Source: Chiloscyllium plagiosum (taxonomy: Eukaryota). From it: a stretch of DNA of 34,262 bases. Position numbers and translations under genes: made by a program. Of the stretch, positions 10,733 to 21,409 are shown in pieces. Under the pieces are notes generated by a model. The model had not been told where the DNA came from and searched no databases. It was given only the letters and a program-made list of their open reading frames with translations. Numbering within the stretch: the stretch's first letter is position 1; each line of letters begins with the position of its first letter. The stretch is taken from positions 19,550,661 through 19,584,922 of the forward strand of contig NC_057749.1 in the NCBI RefSeq assembly GCF_004010195.1, in the 5' to 3' direction.

Positions 10733-10950
10733 GCTGCTCTAATTCTGGTCTCTTGTGGATCCTAGATTTTAAACGCTGCCTCATTGTAGCCATGTCTTCA
10801 GTTTCCAAGATCCCAAGTGCTGGATTTTCCTCCATAAGCCTCGCACTCTCCCTACCTCACTTTCCTTATTTAAAACAATCCTTAAAACTTAAATTTCACC
10901 AAGACTTTGGTTGTTTATCTTAAAATCTCCTTATGCCACTTAGTGTGAGG
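10733..10950 (+). mobile_element. L2 LINE 3' end, decayed
   Basis: Degenerate (R)AFS..P..W..LP..LR..SL..FKT.LKT C-terminal pattern typical of L2. Confidence 0.55.
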
Positions 10951-11149
10951 ATATTTCATTGTATTAACTGTAGCAGGATCCCTAGCAGCCAGTAGCAATG
11001 GTAAGAGAGGGAGCAGTTGAATGGATTCTCATTGGAAAGAAAGGGGTCTTTGGTGGAAAGAATCTGATGAGTAAGGAGAAGCAAACAACAAAGGGCTTCT
11101 CAACCCAATGTAACTCACATGATCATTCAATGCACAGTTCCATCTTCAG

Positions 11150-12480
11150 GCCACTCAGCTTTTTCTAGCACCTTCTCCTTGGTGATGGCCACCATACTCT
11201 GCTCTGCCCTCTTTCTCTCTTGAATCTTTTGGGAAATTACTTGCATCTTCCACAGTGAAAACTGACATGAAGTAATTATTCGGTTCCTCAGCCATTTCCT
11301 TGTTCCACACTACTATCTCTCGTGCATCATTTTCCATTGACCCAATGTGCACTTTTGCCTCTCTTTTGCCCTTTATATATCTTAAGAAACTCTTACCATC
11401 TTCCTTTATATTACTGGCTAGCTCACCCTCATATTTAGTCTTCCCTCTCCTTTATTTTTTGTTGCCCTCTGTTGGTCTTTGTAAGCTTTCCAGTCCTCTG
11501 GTTTCCCACTGTTCTTCACTATTTTATATGCTTTTTCTTTTGCTTTTATGCTATCCCTGACTTCCTTAGTCAGCCATGGTTGCCTCATCCTCCCTGTACC
11601 ATGCCTTTTTCCTCGCGATGAATCTTCGCTGTGTCTCCTGAATTACTCCCAGAAACTCCTGCTATTTCTGTTCCACTGTCTTTCCTGCTGGGCTTCTCCT
11701 TCATACCTCAGTAGTTGCCTTTATTCAGCTGAAATACTGTTACCTCTGATTCTATCTTCTCTTCTCTCTCTCTGTCAATTACAGAGTAAATTCAATCATG
11801 TTATGATCACTGCTTCCTAAGGGTTCCTTCAGCTTAAATCCCCTTATCAAGTCTGTCTCATTGCACAACACTAAATCCAGTATTGTCTGTTCCCTAGTGG
11901 ACTCTTATCACAAGCTGCTCCAAACATTCATCTCGTAGACATGCCACAAATTCTTTTTCTTGCGAACCACTACCAACCTGATTTTCTCAGTTCACCTGCA
12001 TATTGAAATCCCCATGATCACTGTAACTTTGCCTTTTCTACACATCTTTTCTATCTCCTGATTATCTTGTACCCAAATCCTGACTACTGTTTGGAGCCTA
12101 TACATGATTCCAACTATGTCTTTTTTTACCTTTGCAGTTCCTCAATTCTACACCATCTGACCCTACTTCATTTCTTACTACTGATTTCATTTCATTTCTC
12201 ACTAATATGGCAACCCCACCCCCTCTGCCCACCAGCCTAAGTTTTTGATAGAATGTGTATCCTTGAATATTCAGCTCCCAATCCTGATCCCCTTACAATC
12301 ACGTCTCTGTGATGCACACCACGCCATACCTGCCAATTTCAATCTGCGTCATAAGTTTATTTATTGTATTCCTTATACAGTGTGCATTCAACTATACCAC
12401 CTTCAGTCCTCTATTAACAGTCTCTCTTCTCATCGTCGTTCATTTGTCCAGCGTACTTGAAGTTTGACTGCCAACCCTTT
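11150..12480 (-). mobile_element. CR1 LINE ORF2 N-terminal (APE endonuclease) remnant
   Basis: Minus strand gives LNAH.IRN..VCITET, MGDFN-like and GSSDHNMIEF motifs, plus NKEMAEEPNNYFMSVFT. Confidence 0.8.
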
Positions 12481-12849
12481 CCAGAAACTTCTGTTCTTGC
12501 CATTTTTAAAGCATTTCAACATCCCAACTAAAATGAAATAAAACATCAACATGCATGTGAAGTATTATGAATTTTACATTCTATTATTGTTTACAGTTTA
12601 GTTTTATATTATACACCTCCAAAATTATTGAAGTATAAAGATACACAAGAGGAATTCACAAAACTATGTTCTGGAAACGTCCACATTCTGGCTGATTTCT
12701 ACCTCTCTGTCTCCATCTGCTGCTAGCACCAAGGTTGAGCATCTACAGCTTGATGCCTGCGTTAAGGATGCAATCTATAATCAAATTCTTGCTGGCCTCT
12801 AGGTGAGGGGATCCTCCTAGTTCAAAAGGAAGAAACTGCGGAAAGCTAA

Positions 12850-12906
12850 AATAAAACAGAAAGTGCTAGAAATACTCAACATCTGTAGAAAGAGAAATAG
12901 TTAATG
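12850..12906 (-). mobile_element. Possible old PLE-type 3' tail fragment
   Basis: 'aaaacagaaagtgctagaaatactcaacatctgtagaaagagaaatagttaatg' resembles the shark PLE tail pattern. Short and degenerate. Confidence 0.35.
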
Positions 12907-12955
12907 AGCTTGATTTTTTTGATAAAATCTGGGGTTAGAAATCTGATGACCAAAG

Positions 12956-13198
12956 CTTTTGGGATTCTGATCCTGTGATATGTCCGTTTAACTTATGCAA
13001 TTCCATTTTAAAATATAGATTCCCTAATTATACTGGAAGTAAATGCTGCACATGTCGCATAGAGGCAAGATCTGACTCTCTAATGCAGTGCTGAAATGCA
13101 GACGGCAGCCATGTGTGATCTTACTGTTGTCTTGCAGATTAGAGTGTTCACGATATGATATTAAAATGCTCGGCGGCCTGGGCTCAAGTCACAACTGT
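12956..13198 (+). repeat. Left arm of a long imperfect inverted repeat
   Basis: Aligns by eye with the reverse complement of 14208-14440, e.g. ctgactctctaatgc and agagtgttca(c/t)gatatgatattaaaatgc. Confidence 0.85.
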
Positions 13199-13711
13199 TC
13201 GGTGTGATAACACATCTGAACAGGTTAGTTAAAAATATTCAGAAAGAGACCCAAAGAAAAGAGGGACCTCTTGTGACACAATGAAAATGTCCCTACCCTG
13301 GACTGGGAGTCCTGGGTTTAAGTCCACCTTCTCCAGAGACATGTAATAACATCTCTAAACACGTTGTTTAGAAAAATAGGTTAAATTTTAAAAATGATAG
13401 TAAGCTAAGCAATGAAAACAAATTAAATTTGATTCCATGTAGTTAAAAATTAGGCTTGAGGACAAGGTTCTTGTGATGCAGTGGTAGTATTGCTACCTCT
13501 GAGTCATGAGGCTTGGGTTCAAGTCCCAGCTATTTCAGAAGTGTATCATAATATCTCTGAACAGACTGATTTAAATAAATAAATAAAGTTTGAGGGGCTC
13601 CTGTGGTACAGTAGTAATGTGCTTGCCTCTGAGCCAGGAGACCTTCGTTCAACTCCCAACTGCTTCAGAGCTGTAAATAACATCTCTGAACAGATTCATG
13701 AGAAAATATCT
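13175..13711 (+). repeat. Cluster of four same-orientation ~120-bp tRNA-derived SINE copies
   Basis: Units at ~13175-13240 (partial), 13262-13378, 13465-13575 and 13593-13711 share a B-box 'gggttcaagtccc' and 'ataacatctctgaacag'. Confidence 0.8.
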
Positions 13712-13773
13712 AAATTAAGCTTGAAGATAACATTCCCAGATGGCATGTTGCTAATCTCATAGGGTAATGATGC

Positions 13774-14113
13774 GGCAGCACAATGGTTCAGTGGTTCACA
13801 GTGCCAGGGATCTGGGTTCGATTCCAGTCTCAGGTGACTGTGTGGAGTTTGTACATTCTCCCCATGTCTGCGTGGGTTTCTTCCAGGTACTCTGGTTTCC
13901 TCCCACAGTCCAAAGATGAGCCGGTCAGGTGAACTGGCCATGCTAAATTGCCCCATAGTGTTCAGGGATGTGTAGGTTAGATGCTTTGGTCAGGGGTAAA
14001 TGTAGAGTAATAGGTTGGGTTATGGGTCTGGGTGGATTACTCTTCAGCAGGTCAATGTGGACTTGTTTAATCAAATGGCCTGTTTCCACATGTAGGGATT
14101 CTATGATTCATGA
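13774..14113 (+). mobile_element. HE1 / V-SINE
   Basis: B-box gggttcgattcc, V-domain, 'gggattctatgatt' tail. Confidence 0.9.
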
Positions 14114-14207
14114 TGATAGCAGTAAACATCTCACCTCCAACCAACTACTCATTTAGCTCCTTGAAAGTGTTGTTAATTGGGATGGACCTGAAGATAGTTT
14201 TCAAATT

Positions 14208-14440
14208 TCAGTTGTGGCTTGAACCCAGGCCCCTGTGCATTTTAATATCATATCATGAACACTCTATTCTGCAAGACAAAGCAAAAGCGCATGTGACTTT
14301 CAGCACAGCATTAGAGAGTCAGTTCTTGTCTCCATGTTAAGTGACGAGTTCACTTCCAGCACAATTAGATAATCTGTATTTTAAAACAGAATTGCACAAG
14401 TTAAACAAACACGTCAGAGGATCAGAACCCCAGGAAAAGC
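14208..14440 (-). repeat. Right arm of the long imperfect inverted repeat
   Basis: Reverse complement of 12956-13198. Confidence 0.85.
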
Positions 14441-14756
14441 AAACAGTCAGATGTACTCCAGTGCATCATATTGGCAGCAATGTGGGCAATCACATAATGA
14501 ATCTGCTGAAGTAATAGTTTTTGAAAGGCTCGTATGCTTTCGTCAATCATGTGGTCATATATCTGTGCCATGAGAATGCTTGCCCTCCAGCCTCCTATGT
14601 GTTAAATCAACCCTAAGCTGCAATTGAGGTGGAAGCTCACCACTAATTTATTCAGAGAAAGTAGGGATGAGCAATAAATGCTGACCTAATCAGCATGTAT
14701 CTTTTTTGTAAAATATGAACTATACTACTTGTCTTGAAATTAGATTCATTTAGGAG

Positions 14757-15090
14757 AGGCAATGGCCCAGTCATATTATTGCTGGACTATTAATCCAGAA
14801 ACTCAGCTAAGGTTCTTGGGACCCAGGTTCAAATCCAGGCATAGCAGATGATGGAATGTGAACTCAAAACAGAATCTGAAATTAAGGGTCTAATGATGAC
14901 CATGTAATCATTGATGTTTGTCAGGAAAGCCCCATCTGGATTTACTCATGTCCTTAGGGAAGGAAATCTGCCATCCTTACCTGGTCTGGCCTACATGTGA
15001 CTCCAGAACCACAGCAAAGTGATTGACTCACAACTGTCCTCTGGGCAACTAGGGATGAGCAATAAATGCTGGCCATCTTGAATGAATGTA
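14757..15090 (+). mobile_element. tRNA-headed SINE whose tail matches the CR1/L2-group LINE at 16484-18299
   Basis: A-box-like tggcccagtc, B-box aggttcaaatcc, tail 'gggcaactagggatgagcaataaatgctggcc'. Confidence 0.75.
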
Positions 15091-15144
15091 TATGATGGTC
15101 CTCCTAGTCAAATATTCCTCAATATTTAGGCTTTCACATGAAGG

Positions 15145-15682
15145 TTGATCAAATTCTGGTCTCTTTCCTATTGGAAGGATGTTGTGAAACTTGAAAGGGT
15201 TCGGAAAAGATTTACAAGAATGTTGCCAGGGTTGGAGTATTTGAGCTACAGGGAGAGGCTGAACAGGTTGGGGCTGTTTTCCCTGGATCGTCGAAGGCTG
15301 AGGGGTGACCTTATAGGGGTTTATAAAATCATGAGGGACATGGATAGGATAAATAGACAAAGCCATTTCCCTGGGGTGGGGGTGTCCAGAACTAGAGGGC
15401 ATAGGTTTAGGGTGAGAGGGGAAAAATATTAAAGAGACCTAAGGAGCAACTTTTTCACACAGAAGGCGGTATGTCAATGAAATGAATTGCCAGAGGAAGT
15501 GGTGGAGGCTAGTATAATTACAACATTTAAAAGGCATCTGGATGGGTGTCTGAACAGGAAGGGCTTGGAGGGATATGGGCCGGGTGCTGGCAGGTGGGAC
15601 TAGATTGAGTTGAGATACCTGGTCGGCACGGATGGGTTGGACTGAACGGTCTGTTTCCATGCTATAAATCACTATGACTCTA
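15145..15682 (+). mobile_element. CR1/HER1 LINE 3' fragment
   Basis: FWSLSYWKDVVKLERVRKRFTRMLPG..RRRLRGDL. Similar to 7587-7995 joined to 9428-9553. Confidence 0.9.
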
Positions 15683-16019
15683 TGTGGATGAAGTGACAGG
15701 GGCCTGGTGGTAGCTACAGCAAGGAGCAGCTTGAAATGAACCACAGCCTTTAAGAAACAAAATATAATGAGAGTGTTACGGGGTAAATAGACTGGAATGA
15801 TTTGAGTGCATGTTTTTATGTTTTCATTGTTTCTGCATAGTTCCTCGTTTATTTTAACTCCACAGAAAAATCTGTTTTCTAACATTAAACCTGCAGTTTA
15901 CTACAAAGTCGAAGGGAAGATTAAAATACAATTCTGTCAGAAGTGTTGCAGCAGAGTGTAAAACAGCCAGAAATTACAGTATTAGAGTTCAGTAGGCAGC
16001 TGTATGTGTTCCTGTGGTT

Positions 16020-16483
16020 TTTGCATCTGAGGACCAATATTATAGAATACAAGAGCAGGAATGTACAGCTGTGGGTGTTAAGGGATTAGGCTCCGGTCAG
16101 ACTACATTTGGAATACAGTGAGAAGTTTTGCGTTCTATATCTAAAGAAAGATATGCTGGCCTTGGAGGGAGTCCTGAGGAGTTCACAAGAATGATCAGGA
16201 ATGATGGGCTTGTCATATGTGGTACAGTTGAGGTATGTCTGGGTCTGTAATCAAAGGAATTCAGAAGGATGAGGGGGCAGTCTCCTTGAAACTTAGAGAA
16301 TACTGAAATCCTAAGATAGAGAAAGTGTGGAGAAGATTTTCCCACTAGTAGGAGAGACTTGGATTTGAGGGCACACCCTCGGAGTGAAGGGAGAACTTCA
16401 GAACTGACATGGAGAGGAATTTCTCCAGCCACAACATGGCGAATCACATTGCTACAGAAGGCTGTGGAAGTCAATTCTTTGAG
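16020..16483 (+). mobile_element. CR1 LINE 3' region, part 1 (older subfamily)
   Basis: IEYKSR, VRLHLEY and RMRG-like motifs. Continues at 18300. Confidence 0.75.
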
Positions 16484-18299
16484 GTTTTTTTAACTCATTT
16501 GTGGGATGTTGGTGTTGCTGGCTGGCCAGCATTTATTGTCCATCTCTAGTTGTCCTTGAGAAGGTGGTAATGAGCTGCCATCTTGAACCGCTGCGGTCCA
16601 CCTGCTGTGGGTTGACCCACAATGCCATTAGGGAGGGCATTCCAGGATTTTGTCCAAGCAACAATGAAGGAACTGTGACATATTTCCAAGTCAGGATGGT
16701 GAGCGGCATGCAGCAGAAGTTGCAGGTGATGGTGTTCCCATATATCTGCTGCCCTTGCCCTTCCAGTTGGAAGTGATCATGTGTTTGTAAGGTGCTACCT
16801 GAGGATCTTTGGTGAATATCTGCAGTGCACCTGGTAGATAGTACACATTGCTGCTCCTGTGTGTCAGTGGTGGAGGGAATAGATGCTTATGGATGTAGTG
16901 CCAATCAAGCCAGCTGCTTTGTCCTGGATGGTGTCAAGCTTCTTGAGTGCTGTTGGAACTGCACTCATCCAGGCAAGTGGGGAGTATTCCATCACTTTTC
17001 TGACGTGCCTTATGGACGGTGGACGGCTTTCGAGATCAGGAGGTGAGTTACTTACCGCAGTATTCCTAGCCTCTGACCTGCTCTTGCAGCCACTATGTTC
17101 ATTTAGTGAGTCTAGTTGAGTCTGGCGGGGGATTCAGTAGTGGTAACGTCATTAAATGTCAAGGGGCAGTGGTTAGGTTGTCTCTTATTGGTAATGCTGA
17201 AAATGTGTTGCTGGAAAAACGCAGCAGGTCAGGCAGCATCCAAGGAACAGGAGAATCGACGTTTCGGGCATAAGCCCTTCTTCAGGAATGATTCCTGAAG
17301 AAGGGCTTATGCCCGAAACGTCGATTCTCCTGTTCCTTGGATGCTGCCTGACCTGCTGCGTTTTTCCAGCAACACATTTTCAGCTCTGATCTCCAGCATC
17401 TGCAGCCCTCACTTTCTCATCTTATTGGTAATGGTCATAGCCTGGCATTTGTGTGGCACAATTGTTACTTGCCACTTGTCAGCTCAAGCCTGGATATTGT
17501 CCAGATCTTGTTGCTTTTGAACATGGACTGCTTCAGTATGGGAGGAGTCTGAATAGTGTGGAACATTGTGCAACCATTGGCCAATATCCCCACTTCTGAT
17601 CTTATGATGGAGAGAAGGTCATTGATAAAGCCACTGAAGATGGTTGGGCCTAGGACACTACCCTGAGGAACTGATGTGATATCCTGGAGCTGAGATAACT
17701 GACCTCCAACAACAATGACCATGTGCCAGGTATGACTCCAACCAGCGGAGAGTTGGTCCCTGATACCCATTAATCCCAGTTTTGCTATGGCTCCTTGATG
17801 CTACACTCAGTTGAATGCAGCCTTGATGTCAAGGACTGTCACCCTCACCTCACCTCTACAATTCAGTTCTTTTGTCCACGTTTGGACAAAGGCTGCAATG
17901 AGCTCAGGAGCTGAGTGACCCTGGTGGAACCCAAACTGGGCATGACTGAGCGGGTTATTGCTGAGCAGGTGTTGCTTGCTAGCACTGTAGGTGATACCTT
18001 CCATCGCTAGACTGATGGATTGGAATTGGCCTGGTTGGAGTTGTCCTGCATTTTACATACAGGACATACCCGTGCAATTTTCCACATTGTTGGGTAGATA
18101 CCAGTGCTATAACGGTACTGGAACAGTTTGGCTAGGGGAGCAGCAAGTTTTGGAGCATAAGTCTTCAGTACTATTGCCACAATGTTGTCAGGTCCCATAG
18201 CCTTTGCAGTATCCAGTGTTTCCAACCATATCTTGATATCATATGGAGTGAATTGAATTGGCTGAAGACTGGCATCTGTAATACTGGGGACCACTGGAG
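16484..18299 (-). mobile_element. CR1/L2-group LINE RT remnant, 5'-truncated, nested in the CR1
   Basis: KAMGPDNI, WKIARVCPV, QFGFHQGHS, LDIKAAF and VPQGSVLGPT motifs. 3' tail with aataaa and a short A-run at 16485-16490. Confidence 0.85.
17197..17419 (+). mobile_element. Palindromic PLE-derived short element, family A, pristine copy
   Basis: Perfect 94-bp inverted repeat (17196-17289 / 17291-17384), 35-nt tail, perfect 14-bp TSD tcttattggtaatg (17183-17196 / 17420-17433). Confidence 0.92.
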
Positions 18300-18465
18300 G
18301 AGTGTCTTTAAGGTAGAGATAGATAGGTTCGTGATTAGCAAGGGAAGCAAAGGTTATGGAGAGAAGAAGAAATGGGGTTGAGAAACATATCAGCCATGAT
18401 CAAATGGCAGAGCAGACTTGATAGACCAGATGACCTAATTCTGCTCTCATATTGTATGGTCTTAT
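18300..18465 (+). mobile_element. CR1 LINE 3' end, part 2
   Basis: VFKVEIDRF followed by a CR1 3' UTR. Continues 16020-16483. Confidence 0.8.
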
Positions 18466-18540
18466 TATACAGGGTGATTGTACAGGGGTATAGATTACAC
18501 AAGTCCTCACAGGTCTGAATTGGGCTTGTACAGGGTTTGA

Positions 18541-18752
18541 GAGAGTGGTGCTGGAAAAGCGCAGCAAGTCAGGCAGCATCCGAGAAGCAGAAGAAATGAG
18601 GTTTCGGGCAAAGCCCTTCATCAGGAATTCTGATGAAGGGCTTTGCCCGAAACGTTGATTCTCCTATTCCTCAAATGCTGCCTGACCTGCAGTGCTTTTC
18701 CAACACCACACTCTCGACTCTAATCTCCAGCATCTACAGTCCTCACTTTCGC
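18541..18752 (+). mobile_element. Palindromic PLE-derived short element, family A
   Basis: Inverted arms centred near 18627 with the tail on the right. Imperfect TSD cttgtacagggtttga (18525-18540) / cttttacaggattgga (18753-18768). Confidence 0.85.
18625..18661 (+). ncRNA. Minimal type I hammerhead ribozyme-like motif
   Basis: GAATT-CTGATGA-A-GGGC-TTT-GCCC-GAAA-CGTT-GATTC: both core boxes, stem II hairpin, possible 5-bp stem I, and palindromic ACGT in place of stem III. Confidence 0.6.
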
Positions 18753-19043
18753 CTTTTACAGGATTGGACATTCATCTGAAAGACATTTTTCACTCAGTCC
18801 ATTCTCATTATTAATTTCTGTCTACAGCACTACTCGTTGCTATTCTGATAGAAAGTGCAATTTCCTGGTCTGTTCACTCATTAGGTTTTGCAGTTTGTCT
18901 AAGAGCCCATTTTGTTTGAAGATAAACACCATGGTCACATTGAAAGCCCCAGTCCCATTTCAATGTATGATCAAGCCCATTAGAGAACAGAAATTTAATT
19001 TGCCACTTTATCCATTTTCTCTCATAACCTCCATGAGTAGTAA

Positions 19044-19590
19044 TTTACCTGTACTTCTTTCAATCTACTGTACTGCATTCACTGTTCACAATGCAATCTC
19101 CTCTACACTGGCAAGACCACACTCAGACTGGTAGCTGTTTTACAGAGTATTTCCATTCTGCCCATAAGCACAACCCTGATCTTCTAGTTGCATGCCATTT
19201 CAGTCCACCATTTTGCTGTCATGTTAGTATAGCCACCCTAAGCCTAGTGCAATGCTCCAAAGAAGTTCATAGCGAGCTGGAGGACTAGTACCTTATTAAC
19301 CATGTAGGCAATTTACAATCTTTGGGAGTCAACATTGAGTTCAACAACTTCAGAGCATAAACACTGTCTTCTATATTGATTATACTCACTTGCCTCCCCT
19401 TCCCAACCAATGTTTGCATATGTTTGCTCTCCTCTACTACCATTAATGTTCTCTTTGCTCCCTTTTTCACTGGGCAACTTCACCAACTCTTCCACTTCCT
19501 TCTCCTCCTCCTTTAGCATTACCATCATTTTTCAGCCTCCTCCATTCTGAAGAAGAGTCACATTGAACTCAAAATGTTGTCTCTTTTTCT
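19044..19590 (+). mobile_element. Old PLE 3' fragment (GIY-YIG domain plus UTR with hammerhead remnant)
   Basis: Translates FTCTSFNLLYCIHCSQCNLLYTGKT..VACHF..LGVNIEFNNFRA* (stop 19358-19360). CTGAAGA-A-GAGT..ACTC-AAAA at 19547-19574. Confidence 0.8.
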
Positions 19591-20520
19591 GGGAAAAAAA
19601 ACCAAGGGAAGAAAAAGTGATTCTGAGGAAGTCAAAATTAGTAATTCATGAGTCTTTCTCTGTTTCAATCCAACTTGCTTTCAAGTGGAAAAAGATATGC
19701 CTTAAGATGGGGGGATACACAACCATATCTGTAAGGAGCTATTTGCTATGCAATCACATTGTACTACAGGAGTTTTTGGACAATGCTGAGATTTTCAATT
19801 GTAAATTATAGCTTGAATGAGCAAGTTTGCTGAAGTATGAATTTAGGAATGTAATAGGAATTAACCATTTAAGTAGTTCCATTGACTAGCAAATATTTCT
19901 AATACATTAGCTCTCCCCTCTACGACAAATTTCTCCTACAAACTGAATAGTTGTTTCTAAGTTCTGGTAGTCTTCAACAACACTGACTAACAATAGGCAA
20001 GTAGTCACAACTTAAAAAGAAATTAACTTACTCCCTCAGGGTAAACTAGTATTGATTTCAATGAGGGAGGGAGTTAATCAAAAGCTTCATGCCTCAACAT
20101 TGAGGCTGGTTAGACTCAGTGCAGATTTCTATTGAATTTTCATCTTGCAAAACGAGTCTTGAATTTCATTCAAACACAATCACAGGACCAGCTATTTTAT
20201 ACAGTGTGTTACATAGTCACCAAGGTAGGCATCCACAAACTTTTATTCATCCTGCTCTCATCAACTAATGCCTGCAAAGCATCACTTACAACTGTAGAGC
20301 CAAGATTGCTAAATGCTCCGGAAAAAAAATTGCATTTCTATAGCAATTGGACATTCTACAGCACTTTGCAGCTGAGTGAATGCATCTTTGGAGGGCAGTT
20401 ACTGTTGGAAATTAGGAATAATCAAATTCTGCACAACAAGCTTCCACAGTCAGCAAAGAGATAAATATATATGATCATCCCTTATTTTCTTGGAATTCCT
20501 TAGCTTTAATTAAGATTTCA

Positions 20521-20846
20521 AGCACGGTGGCACAGTGGTTAGCACTGCTGCCTCGCAGCGCCAGAGACCCGGGTTCAATTCCCGACTCAGGCGACTGACT
20601 GTGTGGAGTTTGCACGTTCTCCCCGTGTCTGCGTGGGTTTCCTCCGGGTGCTCCGGTTTCCTCCCACAGTCACAAAGATGTGCAGGGTCAGGTGAATTGG
20701 CCATACTAAATTGCCCGTAGTGTTAGATAAGGGGTAAATGTAGGGGTATGGGTGGGTTTCGCTTTGGCGGGTCGGTGTGGACTTGTTGGGCCGAAGGGCC
20801 TGTTTCCACACTGTAATCTAATCTAATCTAAATCTAAATCTAAATT
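20521..20846 (+). mobile_element. HE1 SINE, young, CpG-rich, (AATCT)n tail
   Basis: Intact A box tggcacagtgg, B box gggttcaattcc, V-domain, microsatellite tail. Confidence 0.92.
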
Positions 20847-21409
20847 ACTGTTAATCTATATATTTAATATAAATTTAGTATTGCGTCTATCAATAACATG
20901 TTCCTGTCAATGGTAACTGATATGTTATTGAAACCAGCCATTCCTTTTTGTCCTTGACGTGCAGCTTGACTTTAATGAGATTACCAGGCTTGGCTCAGGC
21001 AGTTAGCTCTGTTGTTTGCATGTTTGTCTATTCAATACATTTGCTGGGTTAAAGGTGAAACTCGTTCGCAGTGTTTATTCAATCTGCTGAACTATTGGAA
21101 GGTGATGTCAGGGACAATCATTCAAACAGCTCAGAGACCGAGGTCAGTGAACTGTTTCCACCAGAACTGCCTGGCTCACACAACACTTTTTTAAAAAGAC
21201 ACACTGGACAAGTTAAAAAGGTGGAAATGCAGAGCAAAGTGGGATTAGCTTTTGGTTATCTGAACCATACAAAGCCAGAAGGTTTTGGAATTGATTCCTG
21301 CCCTATCTTGAATGAGCTGATCCCAGTTTGGCTTTTTATATACCAGAGCAGTCATGCAATACTTGGACAACATTGAGACTTGCGCCAATAGGTGCCCATA
21401 TTCATGCTT

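Noticed and set aside
12729..12808. AG..GTGAG-bounded possible exon
   Set aside because: No recognisable product, and signals of this strength are common by chance.
13175..13711. Repeat-spacer pattern resembling a CRISPR array or tRNA gene cluster
   Set aside because: Units are ~120 bp and diverged, the context is eukaryotic, there are no cas genes, and I see no complete cloverleaf.
17197..17419. Reading the palindromes as DNA-transposon MITEs or rho-independent terminators
   Set aside because: The ends are asymmetric, TSDs are long and variable, and the sequence matches a PLE 3' end. Bacterial terminators do not apply here.
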